Positions 39,682 through 50,726 of a stretch of 64,000 nt of DNA are shown here, piece by piece. The translations under genes were made by a program, and so were the position numbers. Under the pieces are notes generated by a model. It had not been told where the DNA came from, searched no databases, and was given only the letters and a program-made list of their open reading frames with translations. The stretch is taken from positions 111,809 through 175,808 of the forward strand of contig CAWKAR010000045.1 in assembly GCA_963847625.1 (NCBI GenBank), given 5' to 3'. The stretch comes from a candidate division FCPU426 bacterium. GTDB taxonomy: Bacteria; Oederibacteriota; Muellerivitia; Muellerivitales; Muellerivitaceae. Numbering within the stretch: the stretch's first letter is position 1; each line of letters opens with the position of its first letter.

Positions 39682-42600
39682 AAAAGGGAACTGCGATGGA
39701 TTTGAGACCACATAATATGGTTGAAAGGCAACTACGCCCTTTATCCGGAAGGTGGGAATCATGGGTTAAGATATTTTTGTTGCTGTTTGTTTTTCTTGGT
39801 TCCCGGGCGCAAGCCCAAGTGCCGACACCGAGTGGATTAACAGCTCTTCCCGGGAACGGGGCTGTTACCCTGGAATGGACACCTATCCCGTCGCTTTCAC
39901 CGACCGCTTACTTTATTTACAGGGTCTTGTGCGATGACACACCCACACTTACTCCCACTCCGACGGTTACCCTAAATTCAACGACATCCCTTACCAATAC
40001 CCCCACCTATCCCACATACACACCCACGGAAACCTGCACCGATACGCCGACCCTTGCACCTATCGCCACTGTAGGTCCGGCAACTCCTCCCATTTATACC
40101 GATTACCAAGTCACTAACGGAAGGTCTTATCTCTACCAAGTCGCGGCGATGGATATTACATTGGGTTCGCCGGCAGCGATAACAATAGTTCCCTATAGCC
40201 TGCCCGAACCAGTGCAGGTTACAGTTCAAAATCTCCATTCCGGCGCGTTGGATTTGTTCTGGGGCATCCCCCTGTCCACATATCCCGTTTCCATATACCA
40301 GGTATTCAGGTGTTTTGTGGCGACCTCACCGACGGCTACAATAGGAACCCCTGTTAAAGCCAGCCCCACTTTTACACCCACTTCCGTGGCCGTGTCAGTT
40401 GTGTTGTCCACCACTCCCAATCCTATCGCTACCACATCGGAAACCTCCTATTCCGATATATTGACTCCTGCACCAGGAGTTTACTTTTACGTGGTCCAGG
40501 CGGTGGATGTACAGTCAAACCCGGGTTTATTACCAACTTATGCCACTGGCCCTGCAACATTATTGATCAACCTGACTCCCCATCCCCCAATCTTGACAGG
40601 CTATGTTCCGGTTACCCCGACTCCCACATACGGGGTACAACTTTATTGGAACGGCCCTTTGGCTTCAGAGGGAGTAACCGAATACGAGGTCGATGTTTTA
40701 GTGAACCAAACACCGACCGCCATTGCCACCCTTACAACACTCTCGCCTACCATGAGTTACCTGGATGCATCCATTACCGAAACTAACAATTCCAGCAATT
40801 TCACGACATACCAAGTGAAGGCCTACAATAACTACGGATCCTCCGGGTCAAATGTCATCCAAGCTTACATTCTCAAATCCAATGTTCCTGGTGGCAATTT
40901 TCAGGTCACGCCAGTGGCCACCGCGAATGCGGTAACCTTGAGTTGGAACGATGGAATGCCGGGGACCTATGGATTGGGTGGTTATTGGGTTTTTAAGGGT
41001 TTATACGGATATTCTGGTTTAACCGGGACACCAACTCCCTACGCCTCCATTCTTGCAACCACGACACCGACCCCTGTCTTTGTGGATACCCCCATCGTCA
41101 ACCATATGGGTTATTGGGTCCAACCTTTTGACAACGCCCCCATTCCAGTGGGAGGATCGGTTGCCACTTCGACACCGGTTTACCTCAACCTCGCACCCAC
41201 CCCAGTGTCGACCGTGAGCGCGGCAACCGTAGCGGGAAGGAATAACCAAATAAGCGTAAGTTGGTCCGGTAATACCGGACCAAGTTTCTTCGGAGCACCG
41301 GCCGATTACGTGATTTACCGTTTTTATCCCACACCAACGCAAACACCAACGCTCTCCATCATTGCCACGGTTGGATTTTCACAAAACAATTACACCGACT
41401 TTGTAGCGGGAGCGACCCCCGGTTCGCAAGTGGAATACCAAGTGGGAGTGGTGGATGCCTTGGGCAATACTTCCGATTTAACCACCCTATCCAATCCAGT
41501 AACTACAAATTCAAGCCTTGGATTGCCATTGAAACCAGCGGTTTTACCTCTGGCGGGTTCGTCGAACACGTTAGTGTATAGCTGGCTACAGAATCCTCTA
41601 TCGGACCAAGTCGACAATTATTATTTATTTGGCTCGGATTGGCCAACCCTGACCACAACACCAACTCCGGTTACTATCATTCCTGCCACCGCCACGCCCT
41701 CCCCAACTTTGTTCTACTCAAGTTCCGGTAGTAACTGGAACGCATCTTTTAATTATCTTTTAGCCCATAACTCTGTGGGCTACAGTTCGGCAACGACTTT
41801 ATCCGGAATCCCCGTACCGGCATATTCGGTCAGTGCCGCGCCTACGACTGGCCAACAGGTTATGGTTTCATGGAATTTAACCCCTACGCCGAATCTTACC
41901 CCCGGCGTAGACGCCTTTGAGGTCTACCGTTCCGGTATTTCTGGATCGGATTTCACCCCTGTGGCGACTGTCCCAGTAACCCAATCCTATTTCATTGATA
42001 CCAACGTCCAGCCGGCTAATAGCTATTTTTACCGCGTGACCGCCAGGGCGGATGGACCCGCTGGAGAATTAGCTGAAAGCCCGATTTATCCCACACCTGT
42101 GGCGGAAGCTGGTTTGTTTACTTGGCCCAGCATCCCCGTGGGATTAATCGCCCAAGGCGGGGTGGACCAGACGATCCTCTATTGGGGGTTTAATCCATCG
42201 GCTGACAACGTCGAAAGCTATTTAATTTATAACAACGGCACTCTAACACCTATTTTGACGGTGATGGCCACGATTTTGCCCACTAGTACATTTACTCCCT
42301 CCTCTCCTACCTCAACCCCCACTATTACCCCGACAACCAATTTGGTCACTCTCATCACCCCGACTCAGACCAATACTCCCAGTCCCACTTCCACCGGTTA
42401 TTACATTTCTCTTCCAGCTACCCCCGGGCTAGATTCGTCTTACGAAATCGTCGCCCAAAACGCACAAGGGTTAAGCACTCCGTCGTATTCTGCTTCGATT
42501 TTATGCCTTCCTGACATCACACCTATCGCAGGATTAACGCCACCTCCTGGATTTGCACCGACACCCAAAGTCACTCCGGCTTATCCGGCAGTGGTTTGGA

Positions 42601-44420
42601 TTTCCGGCCTTTCCTACCCTGGAGTCGTCAGCAGTTATGCGATCTATCGGTCCACCGATACGAGTTTTTCATCATACGTTGATATCGTGACAGAACCCGT
42701 TTCTTTTATTTCGGATAATAGTGCTGTCTCCGGTTATACAAATAATTATGTTATCTTGGCTAAAGACGCCAACGGTGTAAGCGTCAACCCGTTGCCTGGG
42801 ACAGCTCCTGAAGCTTCCGTTGATGTTTGGCCAAACGCCCCTTCAAGCATCGTTTGTCTGCCATCAACCGCTTCCATAAACTTATCCTGGGCGGTACCCT
42901 TAGGAAACCTTACTGTTACGGGATACGATATCCACCGGAGTACCTGCGCATCCTGTCCCCAGACATTACTTTCCTCCGGAATCACATCCCTTTCATACCC
43001 GGATAGCATCGCGACCCCAAGAATCCCGTATTTTTATGAAGTGGACACTGTGGCGGCTAATGGTCTCACAAGCGTTCAAGCCACCGCTTCGGGCCTAGCC
43101 GTGGCCCCGGTATCCCTTCAAAATACCCCTAACGCCGCTTCCAACATCTTGAATTGGTCACCGGTCTCCAAAGGCGCACCCAGCAACATCACAGGCTACG
43201 TGGTTTACCGGATGTCCTTACCCAACCCCGCAACCCTAACGCCCGTCCCTTTTACGGCCCTTTCACCGCTATTAGAAGGAATCAACAATACTGTTTACGC
43301 CGACATCAACGTGACCGAATCCGTGACCTATGCTTATGAGGTGGCGCCCGCCGCTTTGAATCCGGCCGGAGGGTACGTATTGGGTCCCTTTTCGAACGTG
43401 GTCACCCAATTAGTCTTTCCTCAGCCGGTGGCGGATTTGGAGGCGGCTTCGGGAAACGGGATTGTCCAATTGAGGTGGGATTACCAGGGAACGGCAAACA
43501 ACAAATTTACTTACACCATCCTGCGGAAGCTGGGGACGGCGCCGGACAGTGCCTATCAGGTCCTCAAGTCTGGTTTTTCCGGGTTGAACTTTACCGACTC
43601 CTCGGTCCAGAACAAGACCTTTTATGATTATGAAATTGTCAGCGCGGACGCAAATGGTCTTACGTCTACCGCCCAATACGTGACCGCACTGCCGGCCAAG
43701 CCACCGATCATTCTCAACACGAGTGTTACCCTTAGCCAGAGTCAAGGAGGCACGATCCAAGGCAATACCTTGACATGGTGGGCGGCCAATATGAACGGCA
43801 ACAGTGTTACCTTTGACGCCGCCAATATGTATCCCTTGGGTGGTTATTTATTGTCCCGGTCCACTGACGGGGGAGGGATTTATTCCTACACCCATATTAT
43901 TCCCGTGCCCACGTCAAGCGGAACAACACTCAATCCGATTAATTATTTCGACGCGGTGCAATTAATTCAGGGCGCGACGAACACCTATTTAATCCAGGCT
44001 TTCGACGCCCCGCCGGACCTGCCAGTTCCCATGGCGCAAGCCGTAACACAAGATTGGGTGCACCTTTCAACTTACAACCTGGTGACTGCTTATCTTTTGA
44101 ACGCAGGGGCAGCCTTAACCCGCAACGCAATCCGGCCTTTCGGCAATCTTCGGAAAAGAGAAAATGTTGTCGACATCCGTTTTGTGGTTACAACGCCCGG
44201 AAACGTGAATATCAAGGTTTATTCCTTGAATGGCACCTTCATTAAGGAACTGGTCAACCGCTGGTTCACGAGTGGTGTTTATGGGTTGCCGGACAGTCCC
44301 TATCCCCTGACGTGGGATGCGAAAAATATGAACGGAACCCTGGTTTCTTCCGGAGTTTATCTCATTACTGTTGAGATGAACGGCCACCAGGAAATTGACA
44401 AGGTTGCGGTTATCAAATAA
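39678..44420 (+). CDS. Large exported multi-Fn3, Thr/Pro-rich protein with T9SS-CTD/FlgD-Ig-like C-terminus
   Basis: Signal peptide (..SRAQA); repeated P..L.A..G...V.L.W...Y.IYR...Y.D..V.....Y.Y.V.A modules; TPTP tracts; ends IKVYSLNGTFIKEL...WDAKNMNGTLVSSGVYL...KVAVIK. Confidence 0.8.
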   Translation: MKKGTAMDLRPHNMVERQLRPLSGRWESWVKIFLLLFVFLGSRAQAQVPTPSGLTALPGNGAVTLEWTPIPSLSPTAYFIYRVLCDDTPTLTPTPTVTLNSTTSLTNTPTYPTYTPTETCTDTPTLAPIATVGPATPPIYTDYQVTNGRSYLYQVAAMDITLGSPAAITIVPYSLPEPVQVTVQNLHSGALDLFWGIPLSTYPVSIYQVFRCFVATSPTATIGTPVKASPTFTPTSVAVSVVLSTTPNPIATTSETSYSDILTPAPGVYFYVVQAVDVQSNPGLLPTYATGPATLLINLTPHPPILTGYVPVTPTPTYGVQLYWNGPLASEGVTEYEVDVLVNQTPTAIATLTTLSPTMSYLDASITETNNSSNFTTYQVKAYNNYGSSGSNVIQAYILKSNVPGGNFQVTPVATANAVTLSWNDGMPGTYGLGGYWVFKGLYGYSGLTGTPTPYASILATTTPTPVFVDTPIVNHMGYWVQPFDNAPIPVGGSVATSTPVYLNLAPTPVSTVSAATVAGRNNQISVSWSGNTGPSFFGAPADYVIYRFYPTPTQTPTLSIIATVGFSQNNYTDFVAGATPGSQVEYQVGVVDALGNTSDLTTLSNPVTTNSSLGLPLKPAVLPLAGSSNTLVYSWLQNPLSDQVDNYYLFGSDWPTLTTTPTPVTIIPATATPSPTLFYSSSGSNWNASFNYLLAHNSVGYSSATTLSGIPVPAYSVSAAPTTGQQVMVSWNLTPTPNLTPGVDAFEVYRSGISGSDFTPVATVPVTQSYFIDTNVQPANSYFYRVTARADGPAGELAESPIYPTPVAEAGLFTWPSIPVGLIAQGGVDQTILYWGFNPSADNVESYLIYNNGTLTPILTVMATILPTSTFTPSSPTSTPTITPTTNLVTLITPTQTNTPSPTSTGYYISLPATPGLDSSYEIVAQNAQGLSTPSYSASILCLPDITPIAGLTPPPGFAPTPKVTPAYPAVVWISGLSYPGVVSSYAIYRSTDTSFSSYVDIVTEPVSFISDNSAVSGYTNNYVILAKDANGVSVNPLPGTAPEASVDVWPNAPSSIVCLPSTASINLSWAVPLGNLTVTGYDIHRSTCASCPQTLLSSGITSLSYPDSIATPRIPYFYEVDTVAANGLTSVQATASGLAVAPVSLQNTPNAASNILNWSPVSKGAPSNITGYVVYRMSLPNPATLTPVPFTALSPLLEGINNTVYADINVTESVTYAYEVAPAALNPAGGYVLGPFSNVVTQLVFPQPVADLEAASGNGIVQLRWDYQGTANNKFTYTILRKLGTAPDSAYQVLKSGFSGLNFTDSSVQNKTFYDYEIVSADANGLTSTAQYVTALPAKPPIILNTSVTLSQSQGGTIQGNTLTWWAANMNGNSVTFDAANMYPLGGYLLSRSTDGGGIYSYTHIIPVPTSSGTTLNPINYFDAVQLIQGATNTYLIQAFDAPPDLPVPMAQAVTQDWVHLSTYNLVTAYLLNAGAALTRNAIRPFGNLRKRENVVDIRFVVTTPGNVNIKVYSLNGTFIKELVNRWFTSGVYGLPDSPYPLTWDAKNMNGTLVSSGVYLITVEMNGHQEIDKVAVIK

Positions 44421-44480
44421 CGTCTTGTAGTTTTAACTCAAGTAAAACCACTGTGAATAATAAGCTTTTAAGAGTGCTTC

Positions 44481-45224
44481 ATGATTTTCAACCCAACCGC
44501 CCGCATACAAAAATATTTAACCGACCTGGTATTTCCAAAAGTTTGTCAAAACTGCGGAGGTTCCTTCACTGATGGACTCTCGAACATTCTCTGCCGTTCC
44601 TGCTTCGATTCCATCCAGCCCTATGAGGACCCGGTTTGTTCGCACTGCGGGGTTTCCCTGCCTATCAGAGGATTCGAGGAAGCGATGAAAATCCGTTGCC
44701 GGGATTGCGGGGAAGGGGATTATTACTTGGATTCCGTCCGTTCCCTGGGTCCTTACGAAGGGCCAATTCGGATTGCTCACCACGCTTTTAAGTTCGAGGG
44801 AATGGAAAACTTTAAAACAACCATTGCCGATAAGATAGTTCAACACGTCCCGCCCTTCTTTTGGGAGAGCGTGGAAGCCTTGGTGCCAATACCCCTGAGC
44901 CCGGAGAAGGAACGGGAACGGGGATATAACCCTTCATTTTTATTGGCCGGGGAAATTTCCCGCCAAACGCGGATTCCGGTCAGACTGTTCTTAAAAAAAG
45001 TCAGATCCACCAAACCCCAGATGTCTTTGGATAAAACCGAACGTTTGAAAAATCCCAAAAACGCATATGCGGTCCTTGAAACGGCAATCATTCCGCAAAA
45101 AATAGTCCTGGTCGACGATGTCTTCACGACCGGATCGACCCTGGAGGAGTGTGCCAGGGTCTTAAAAAAGGCTGCCGATGCTTGGATCGGGGCTGTTGTT
45201 TTCGGCCGCACGCCGCACCGATGA
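44481..45224 (+). CDS. comF: ComF family protein (double Zn ribbon + PRTase)
   Basis: CxxC pairs, RGYN, LVDDVFTTGSTLEEC. Confidence 0.92.
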   Translation: MIFNPTARIQKYLTDLVFPKVCQNCGGSFTDGLSNILCRSCFDSIQPYEDPVCSHCGVSLPIRGFEEAMKIRCRDCGEGDYYLDSVRSLGPYEGPIRIAHHAFKFEGMENFKTTIADKIVQHVPPFFWESVEALVPIPLSPEKERERGYNPSFLLAGEISRQTRIPVRLFLKKVRSTKPQMSLDKTERLKNPKNAYAVLETAIIPQKIVLVDDVFTTGSTLEECARVLKKAADAWIGAVVFGRTPHR

Positions 45225-45276
45225 TCCATTATTGGACTGTCTTTTTTTATCAAATTTTCATTTATGATCCCCGCTA

Positions 45277-45305
45277 TTGACCGCCTAAAACCCCTGTGTT
45301 AGCTT
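45277..45305 (+). promoter_or_regulatory. Putative sigma70 promoter for the gap operon
   Basis: TTGACC-17 nt-TAGCTT with TG extension. Confidence 0.45.
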
Positions 45306-45379
45306 AACGCTTCATTAACGGCCCCTGTTTGACGTTTTCATTATTTTTGGCTTCTAGAAAAGGCCACTGAAAGCTTTAA

Positions 45380-46477
<1,098 letters not shown>

Positions 46478-46494
46478 GGTTAGAGGCCGCATTT

Positions 46495-46532
46495 AAAGCC
46501 GCGGAAAGGTTTTTTGGAAATCCGCGGCTTTT
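46495..46532 (+). terminator. Stem-loop / putative terminator after gap
   Basis: AAAGCCGCGGA...TCCGCGGCTTT arms; the 3' arm ends in a short T run. Confidence 0.5.
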
Positions 46533-46549
46533 CCTTAAAAGGTGAAACT

Positions 46550-46981
46550 ATGTGGTATCCAGTGGTTTGGTGGGCAGTTACGGCGGTCGTTTTTTTCATA
46601 TTGGAATTGGTTACCGCCTCCTTTTTTTTCATGTGGATCGGAGCGGGTGCCGCCGTTACGGCGATCTTAAGCTTTTTCGTGAGTAAGGCCTGGGTCCAAT
46701 ACACAACTTTCACGGTATCCTCCATCATTTTGGTCGCCGTTAGCCGCCGCTGGGCATCCTTATTAACCGGGAAAGCCGGTCGTCCCTCCAACGTTGACTC
46801 CTTGGTAGGCCAAACCGCATTGATTACCAAGGTTTCCTCCACAGCCCCCTGGCAGGGTTACCTCAAGGTCGGGGGCGAAGCCTGGAAAGCCGAATCCGAG
46901 AACAAGGAACCATTGAGGGAAAACGGGCAGGCCACGGTCGTGGCTGTCCGGTCGAATGTGTTGGTGGTAAAAGTTTTGTGA
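46550..46981 (+). CDS. NfeD family (short, YbbJ-like) membrane protein
   Basis: Hydrophobic N-terminus; SLVGQTA..G.LKVGGEAWKAES OB-fold; precedes the SPFH gene. Confidence 0.88.
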   Translation: MWYPVVWWAVTAVVFFILELVTASFFFMWIGAGAAVTAILSFFVSKAWVQYTTFTVSSIILVAVSRRWASLLTGKAGRPSNVDSLVGQTALITKVSSTAPWQGYLKVGGEAWKAESENKEPLRENGQATVVAVRSNVLVVKVL

Positions 46982-47001
46982 GCCGTTAAAAGGAGATTCC
47001 T

Positions 47002-47919
47002 ATGGAAAGTTCCGCTATCGTCGTTTTGGTCATTTTCGCCTTCATCTACGCTTCCCTGGCTATTCGTATCGTCCGGCCCTACGAGAAGGGGCTCGTCGAG
47101 CGGATGGGGAAATACATCCGCACCAGCGAGTCGGGTTTGACCGTCCTGGTTCCGTTCTTCGAGAAAATGATCAAGGTGGACATGAGGGAGCAGGTCATTT
47201 CGGTTCCTCCCCAGGAGGTCATCACAAAGGATAATGTTGTGGTGACCGTGGACGCTATCATTTATTTCCACGTCACTGATCCCTTCCGAGTGGTTTATAA
47301 CATCCGATCCTTCGAGATGGCAGCAGTGAAATTAGCCCAAACGAACCTCAGGAACACGATCGGCGAATTGGACCTGGACCAGACACTCAATAGCCGGGAA
47401 CGGATCAACTCCCAGCTTCGGGAAACCATGGACGAGGCCACGGACAAGTGGGGAGTCAAGGTCACCCGGGTGGAGATCCAGAAAATCGACCCCCCGGCGG
47501 ATATCGTTAACGCCATGAGCGCCCAAATGAAGGCTGAGCGGACCAAACGGGCCGCAATCATTGAGGCGGAGGGCATCAAGCAGGCCGCCATCACCAAAGC
47601 GGAAGGGGAAAAACAATCGGCAATCCTCAAGGCTGAGGGAGAAGCCGGGGCCATTGAACGCGTGGCTACCGCCAATAAGTTCCAAAAAATCGCCCTCGCC
47701 GAAGGGGAGGGACAGGCCATTTTGACGGTTTTCAAGTCGATTCATGACGGGAACCCGACCCAGGATCTATTGGCGCTCAAGTACATGGAAATGCTTGGCC
47801 GTGTGGCTGATGGGCAGGCCACGAAGATCTTTTTGCCGTTGGAAGCCTCCGGAACCTTGGGCGCTTTGAGCAGCATTGCCGAAGCTTTCAAGACCGACAT
47901 CAAGCAAAAACAAAAATAA
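47002..47919 (+). CDS. SPFH/stomatin (QmcA-like) protein
   Basis: VITKDNV, QTNLRNTIGELDLDQTL, KWGVKVTRVEI, QMKAER. Confidence 0.92.
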   Translation: MESSAIVVLVIFAFIYASLAIRIVRPYEKGLVERMGKYIRTSESGLTVLVPFFEKMIKVDMREQVISVPPQEVITKDNVVVTVDAIIYFHVTDPFRVVYNIRSFEMAAVKLAQTNLRNTIGELDLDQTLNSRERINSQLRETMDEATDKWGVKVTRVEIQKIDPPADIVNAMSAQMKAERTKRAAIIEAEGIKQAAITKAEGEKQSAILKAEGEAGAIERVATANKFQKIALAEGEGQAILTVFKSIHDGNPTQDLLALKYMEMLGRVADGQATKIFLPLEASGTLGALSSIAEAFKTDIKQKQK

Positions 47920-47994
47920 GAAACGATTCACGGATCGCGCAAAATCCCAGCGGATTCCGTAATGTTTTAGTTTATCAATCCAATCAGAAAGGGA

Positions 47995-49206
47995 ATGAAG
48001 ATGGCGACCTATAACAAGATGAGCGTTGAAGATATCAACCCGGCCGGAAAAAAAGTTTTTGTGCGTGTGGATTTTAACGTGCCTCAGGACGAATCACTCA
48101 AGATCACCGACGATACCCGTATCCGTGAGTCCTTAAAAACCATTCAATATCTTTCCAGTAAGGGGGCCAGGGTCATTCTTTGTTCGCACTTGGGAAGACC
48201 CAAGGGCAAGAAAAACGATAAATACAGCCTTAAACCGGTAGCGGTGCGGCTCTCGGAACTCCTCAAGAAACCCGTAGTCATGATGCCGGATTGCGTGGGC
48301 GACGCGGTGAAAGCCGAAATTGCCAAAATGACGGATGGCGATGTGGCCCTGCTTGAGAACGTGAGGTTTTATGATCAGGAAGAAAAAAACGATCCTGTCT
48401 TTGCCAAGCAGCTTTCCGAACTGGCGGATATGTATGTCAACGACGCTTTTGGCACGGCTCACCGCGCTCACGCCTCCACTGAAGGCGTCACGAAATACCT
48501 GAAACCCTGCGTGGCGGGATTCCTGATGATGAAGGAAATCAAATACTTGGGCGGCGCTGTTTCCAATCCGGCCCGTCCTTTTGTGGCTATTATCGGGGGA
48601 GCCAAGATTTCCGGAAAAATTGAAGTTATTCAGAATCTTATGAACCTGGCCGATACTGTCATCGTTGGCGGTGGAATGGCCTATACATTCTTCAAGTCGC
48701 AGGGACTGGAAGTCGGAAAATCTCTGCTGGAAGCTGATAAGGTGGAGTTAGCCAAGACAACCTTGGAGAAGTCCAAATCGCTGGGAAAACCCCTTCTCCT
48801 GCCAGTGGACAATGTCATTGCGCAGGATTTGAAGGAAGGTGTTCCCACCAAGGTGGTGCCTTCAACCCAAATCCCCGTGGACTGGGAAGGACTCGACGTG
48901 GGTCCTGAAACGCTTAAGAAATACGAGGAAGTATTGAACAAAGCTAAAACTATTTTCTGGAACGGCCCGGTGGGCGCTTTCGAGGTGAAGCCATTTGACA
49001 AGGGAACTCTTGCTATCGCAAAAATGCTGGCTGCGGCTACGGCGCGTGGAGCTTCCACGATCGTTGGTGGCGGGGATTCCGTTGCGGCCGTGACCCAAAT
49101 GGGGTTGGAATCCAAGATGTCCCATGTTTCCACAGGTGGGGGAGCCTCTCTGGAGTTCATGGAAGGCAAACAGCTGCCCGGGATTGTCGCCTTGACGGAT
49201 AAATAA
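47995..49206 (+). CDS. pgk: Phosphoglycerate kinase
   Basis: RVDFNVP, SHLGRPKG, NDAFGTAHRAHAS, STGGGASLEF. Confidence 0.98.
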   Translation: MKMATYNKMSVEDINPAGKKVFVRVDFNVPQDESLKITDDTRIRESLKTIQYLSSKGARVILCSHLGRPKGKKNDKYSLKPVAVRLSELLKKPVVMMPDCVGDAVKAEIAKMTDGDVALLENVRFYDQEEKNDPVFAKQLSELADMYVNDAFGTAHRAHASTEGVTKYLKPCVAGFLMMKEIKYLGGAVSNPARPFVAIIGGAKISGKIEVIQNLMNLADTVIVGGGMAYTFFKSQGLEVGKSLLEADKVELAKTTLEKSKSLGKPLLLPVDNVIAQDLKEGVPTKVVPSTQIPVDWEGLDVGPETLKKYEEVLNKAKTIFWNGPVGAFEVKPFDKGTLAIAKMLAAATARGASTIVGGGDSVAAVTQMGLESKMSHVSTGGGASLEFMEGKQLPGIVALTDK

Positions 49207-49340
49207 AACAACCATAGCCGTTTAGTTTTTGCCCTTGGGTTTTCAAACAGGTTCCTCAATGGGAATACAAGGTCATCAATTTTCTTTAAATGAAGTTTTT
49301 TCCAGCTGGTTTTTTTGCAGTTCATCCCTTTGGAGGATTT

Positions 49341-50090
49341 ATGAGAAAACCCATTATTGCCGGTAACTGGAAGATGTATAAGACCGTCAAGGAATCTGTG
49401 GATTTTGTCAAGCAACTGGATGAAAAGTTAAAGGGTGTCCAGAACCGTGAAATCGTCGTATGCCCTCCCTATCTATCTATTCCAGCCGTTTCGGAAGTGC
49501 TCCGGTTTTCCAACATTGCAGTAGGAGCTCAGGACGCACATTGGGAAAACGAAGGTGCTTATACGGGAAATGTCAGCCCCTCCATGTTGAAAGAAACCGG
49601 AGTTAAATTTATTATCTTGGGGCATTCGGAAAAACGGCAATACGATGCTGAAACAGATTCGAAGGTTAACCGGAAATTGAAAAACGTTTTGAAGGATGGC
49701 CTGAAAGCAATCGTGTGTGTAGGCGAAACCTTGCAGGAAAGGGAAGCAAATAAAACTGAAAAGGTGATTGAAAGCCAGATCCAAGGCTGTTTTGAGGGAA
49801 TCGGTTTGGGGGATTTGGTTCAAATCGTGATCGCTTATGAACCGGTTTGGGCCATCGGAACCGGAAAAACCGCCACCCCGGAACAAGCCAATGAGGTGCA
49901 CGCTTTTATCCGGTCCTTAATCGAAAAAAAATACAATCGAGAAGCCTCGGAAAATATCCGTATCCAATACGGTGGAAGCGTCAAACCGGAAAATATCAAA
50001 CAACTTATGGCGCAAGCCGATATTGATGGTGCTTTGGTAGGCGGTGCAAGCCTAAAAGTTGATTCTTTTGCGCCTATCGTCCAATATTAA
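49341..50090 (+). CDS. tpiA: Triosephosphate isomerase
   Basis: AGNWKM, GHSE, AYEPVWAIGTG, YGGSVK, LVGGASL. Confidence 0.98.
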   Translation: MRKPIIAGNWKMYKTVKESVDFVKQLDEKLKGVQNREIVVCPPYLSIPAVSEVLRFSNIAVGAQDAHWENEGAYTGNVSPSMLKETGVKFIILGHSEKRQYDAETDSKVNRKLKNVLKDGLKAIVCVGETLQEREANKTEKVIESQIQGCFEGIGLGDLVQIVIAYEPVWAIGTGKTATPEQANEVHAFIRSLIEKKYNREASENIRIQYGGSVKPENIKQLMAQADIDGALVGGASLKVDSFAPIVQY

Positions 50091-50279
50091 ATCCGGCTTG
50101 TTTTCACTTGCATTTAGGCCGGTTTTCCTTTTTTTCATGAAAACAACTTTGTTTTCATTTGTGGAAGCTTTTTCTTTGGTCCGGATTAGCGTAAAATAAG
50201 TAAGGTTTAAAGTTCGACTTAAATAAAATTCTTAATTTCATTTAAAACAATAAAAAATGTTTAAACCCGGGAGCAAAAG

Positions 50280-50669
50280 ATGACGGCTTTAATTAACGTG
50301 CTTTTTGTGCTTGTTGCGGTTCTTTTGATCGGGGTTGTTTTAATTCAACAGCCAAAAACGGCTGGGGGGTTGTTTTCCGGGACGAGTCAAAGTCTTTTAG
50401 GAACAGGCGGCAAGACTTTTTGGGTAAAATTTACGGTCACAGTGGCCGCCTTATTTATGCTGATATGCATTATTTTAAATGTTTTACCACGTTATCAGCA
50501 GCGGGATAGCGCCGTGGTGGGTGTTATTGAGAAGCAGCAGAAATCAGCCTCCGCCCCCCCTGCCAACGTTCCAGCTCCTGTAGCCGCGAATGCGCAAAAC
50601 AATCTTCCGGCTGGAAGCGTACCTGCCCCTTCACAAGGCCAACCCGGACCCGATAGCCCAAAGAAATAA
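50280..50669 (+). CDS. secG: Preprotein translocase subunit SecG
   Basis: Two TM helices with VLIQQPK..GG.F.G linker; follows tpiA. Confidence 0.85.
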   Translation: MTALINVLFVLVAVLLIGVVLIQQPKTAGGLFSGTSQSLLGTGGKTFWVKFTVTVAALFMLICIILNVLPRYQQRDSAVVGVIEKQQKSASAPPANVPAPVAANAQNNLPAGSVPAPSQGQPGPDSPKK

Positions 50670-50726
50670 ACGAATTGAATGTTTTTTTTAATTTTTACTA
50701 GGTGAAAAATTGAAATCACGGGGAAA

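Noticed and set aside
48681..49415. 244-aa antisense ORF over pgk (and similar shadow ORFs over lpxA, gap, nrdR and the SprA-like gene)
   Set aside because: They lie opposite or out of frame with well-supported genes and are explained by codon bias.
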